Source: a bacterium (GTDB lineage Bacteria > Zhuqueibacterota > Zhuqueibacteria > Oceanimicrobiales > Oceanimicrobiaceae). From it: 17,586 nt of DNA. Made by a program: the position numbers and the translations under genes. Positions 16,703 through 17,586 of this stretch are shown here, piece by piece. A model generated the notes under the pieces. The model was not told where the DNA came from. It did not search any database and saw nothing but the letters and a program-made list of their open reading frames with translations. The DNA is taken from contig JBHIAC010000060.1 in the NCBI GenBank assembly GCA_046758365.1, positions 1-17,586 of the forward strand, given 5' to 3'. The stretch's first letter is position 1. Each line of letters begins with the position of its first letter.

Positions 16703-17586
16703 ATGATTTATACATTGGGTCTGGACGTCGGATCCACTTACACCAAAGCGGTCATCTTAAATGATGAGAATAAAATCGTTGGCCGTCAAATCAAAGCTAC
16801 TGGGTCTAGGCTAAATGAGGTAGCTAAAAAGGTTTACGAAAAGGTGGTCGCCGAGGCTGGTCTTATTATGGAAGACATTTCTTATGTGATTACAACTGGT
16901 TATGGAAGGCACCTGATCCCATTCAGAGATTTACAAGTTACCGATCTCACCGCCACTGCTCGTGGAGCAAGTTTTTTGTTTCCAGATACCCATACGGTCC
17001 TCGATATAGGAGGCCAGACCATGAAAGCCAGCCGTATCGATGAGAGATCGAAAGTGGTGACGTTTCGCCTTAATGATAAGTGCGCCGCTGGAACCGGGGC
17101 TTTTCTCGAAAAAACAGCCAGATACATGGGCTACACGACCGAAGATATTGGCAGGCTCTTGGCTTTGTCAAAAGAGCAGGTTCCGATCTCTGGGGTCTGT
17201 GCTGTATTCGCCGAATCCGAGGTGATCAGCCATCTCTCCCAAGGGGTTCCCCCAGAAGATATTATGTATGGTGCCATTCTTTCCCTTATAGACCGTTCGG
17301 TTCAGTTAATGAAACGTATTAAGGCAGAGCCAGAATATACCCTGGTTGGCGGAATCCTCCGTTGGGAACGCATGGCGAAAGTAATCCGAGAGCGAATGCA
17401 ATCCGATGTAAATGTCCCAGACGGTGACATGCCGCAATTCACAGCAGCCTTGGGATGTGCCATTCTTGGGCATATCAGGCTGCACAAGCTTCGAGAAGAA
17501 AGCGCAAAGGAATATAATTTACCACGGACTATCACAGCGCCGCAGAGCCGCAACCAGAAGAAAAAATCGATTCGGCGAGTCTCGGT
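16703..17586 (+). CDS. Second ATP-binding activator subunit (BcrD-like), 3'-incomplete; not in the ORF track
   Basis: ATG 16703 after AAGGAGGT RBS. Manual translation [21 protein letters not shown]...TTGYGRH...TDLTATARG...[18 protein letters not shown]...[20 protein letters not shown]...[11 protein letters not shown]...[47 protein letters not shown]; no stop before the window end. Confidence 0.92.
   Translation, partial: MIYTLGLDVGSTYTKAVILNDENKIVGRQIKATGSRLNEVAKKVYEKVVAEAGLIMEDISYVITTGYGRHLIPFRDLQVTDLTATARGASFLFPDTHTVLDIGGQTMKASRIDERSKVVTFRLNDKCAAGTGAFLEKTARYMGYTTEDIGRLLALSKEQVPISGVCAVFAESEVISHLSQGVPPEDIMYGAILSLIDRSVQLMKRIKAEPEYTLVGGILRWERMAKVIRERMQSDVNVPDGDMPQFTAALGCAILGHIRLHKLREESAKEYNLPRTITAPQSRNQKKKSIRRVS
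17522..17586. repeat. Inverted second copy of the 163-227 element, cut by the window end
   Basis: 17533-17586 equals the reverse complement of 163-216 at 53/54 positions; it extends loosely to CCACGGACTAT vs CCACAGATTTG. Confidence 0.92.

Noticed and set aside
399..17553. Numerous short ORFs in the track that are antisense or frame-shifted within confident genes (e.g. 399..626, 936..1211, 3473..3766, 8298..8702, 13626..14012, 17080..17322, 17302..17553)
   Set aside because: They overlap well-supported CDSs and have no recognisable motifs; shadow ORFs.
163..17586. Composite transposon bounded by the inverted 54-bp copies
   Set aside because: No transposase, the interval holds core genes (ftsH, glnA), and no target duplication can be tested; independent dispersed copies are more parsimonious.

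Overview
AT-rich bacterial chromosomal segment with two parts. The left part (1-7100) is housekeeping: a DSD1/D-threonine-aldolase-like PLP enzyme (minus strand), htpX, ftsH, glnA (type I GS) and queD. The right part (7241 to the end) is an anaerobic aromatic-ring degradation (benzoyl-CoA pathway) cluster: a BadM-like Rrf2 regulator with 3 Cys, had, oah, a BadL-like GNAT, an AT-rich membrane ORF, dch, an SDR, and an ATP-dependent class I benzoyl-CoA reductase (bcrC, bcrB and two SHORT activator subunits). The last subunit starts at 16703, has no stop in the window and is missing from the ORF track. Most intergenic spacers carry mobile-DNA debris: two ~200-bp MITE-like elements with terminal inverted repeats and target duplications, two decayed toxin-antitoxin gene remnants (DUF5615 PIN-like, HicB-like), several 8-9-bp-period arrays in inverted pairs, and a 54-bp element present in inverted orientation near both ends of the window. 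All calls come from motif recognition by eye; no searches were run.
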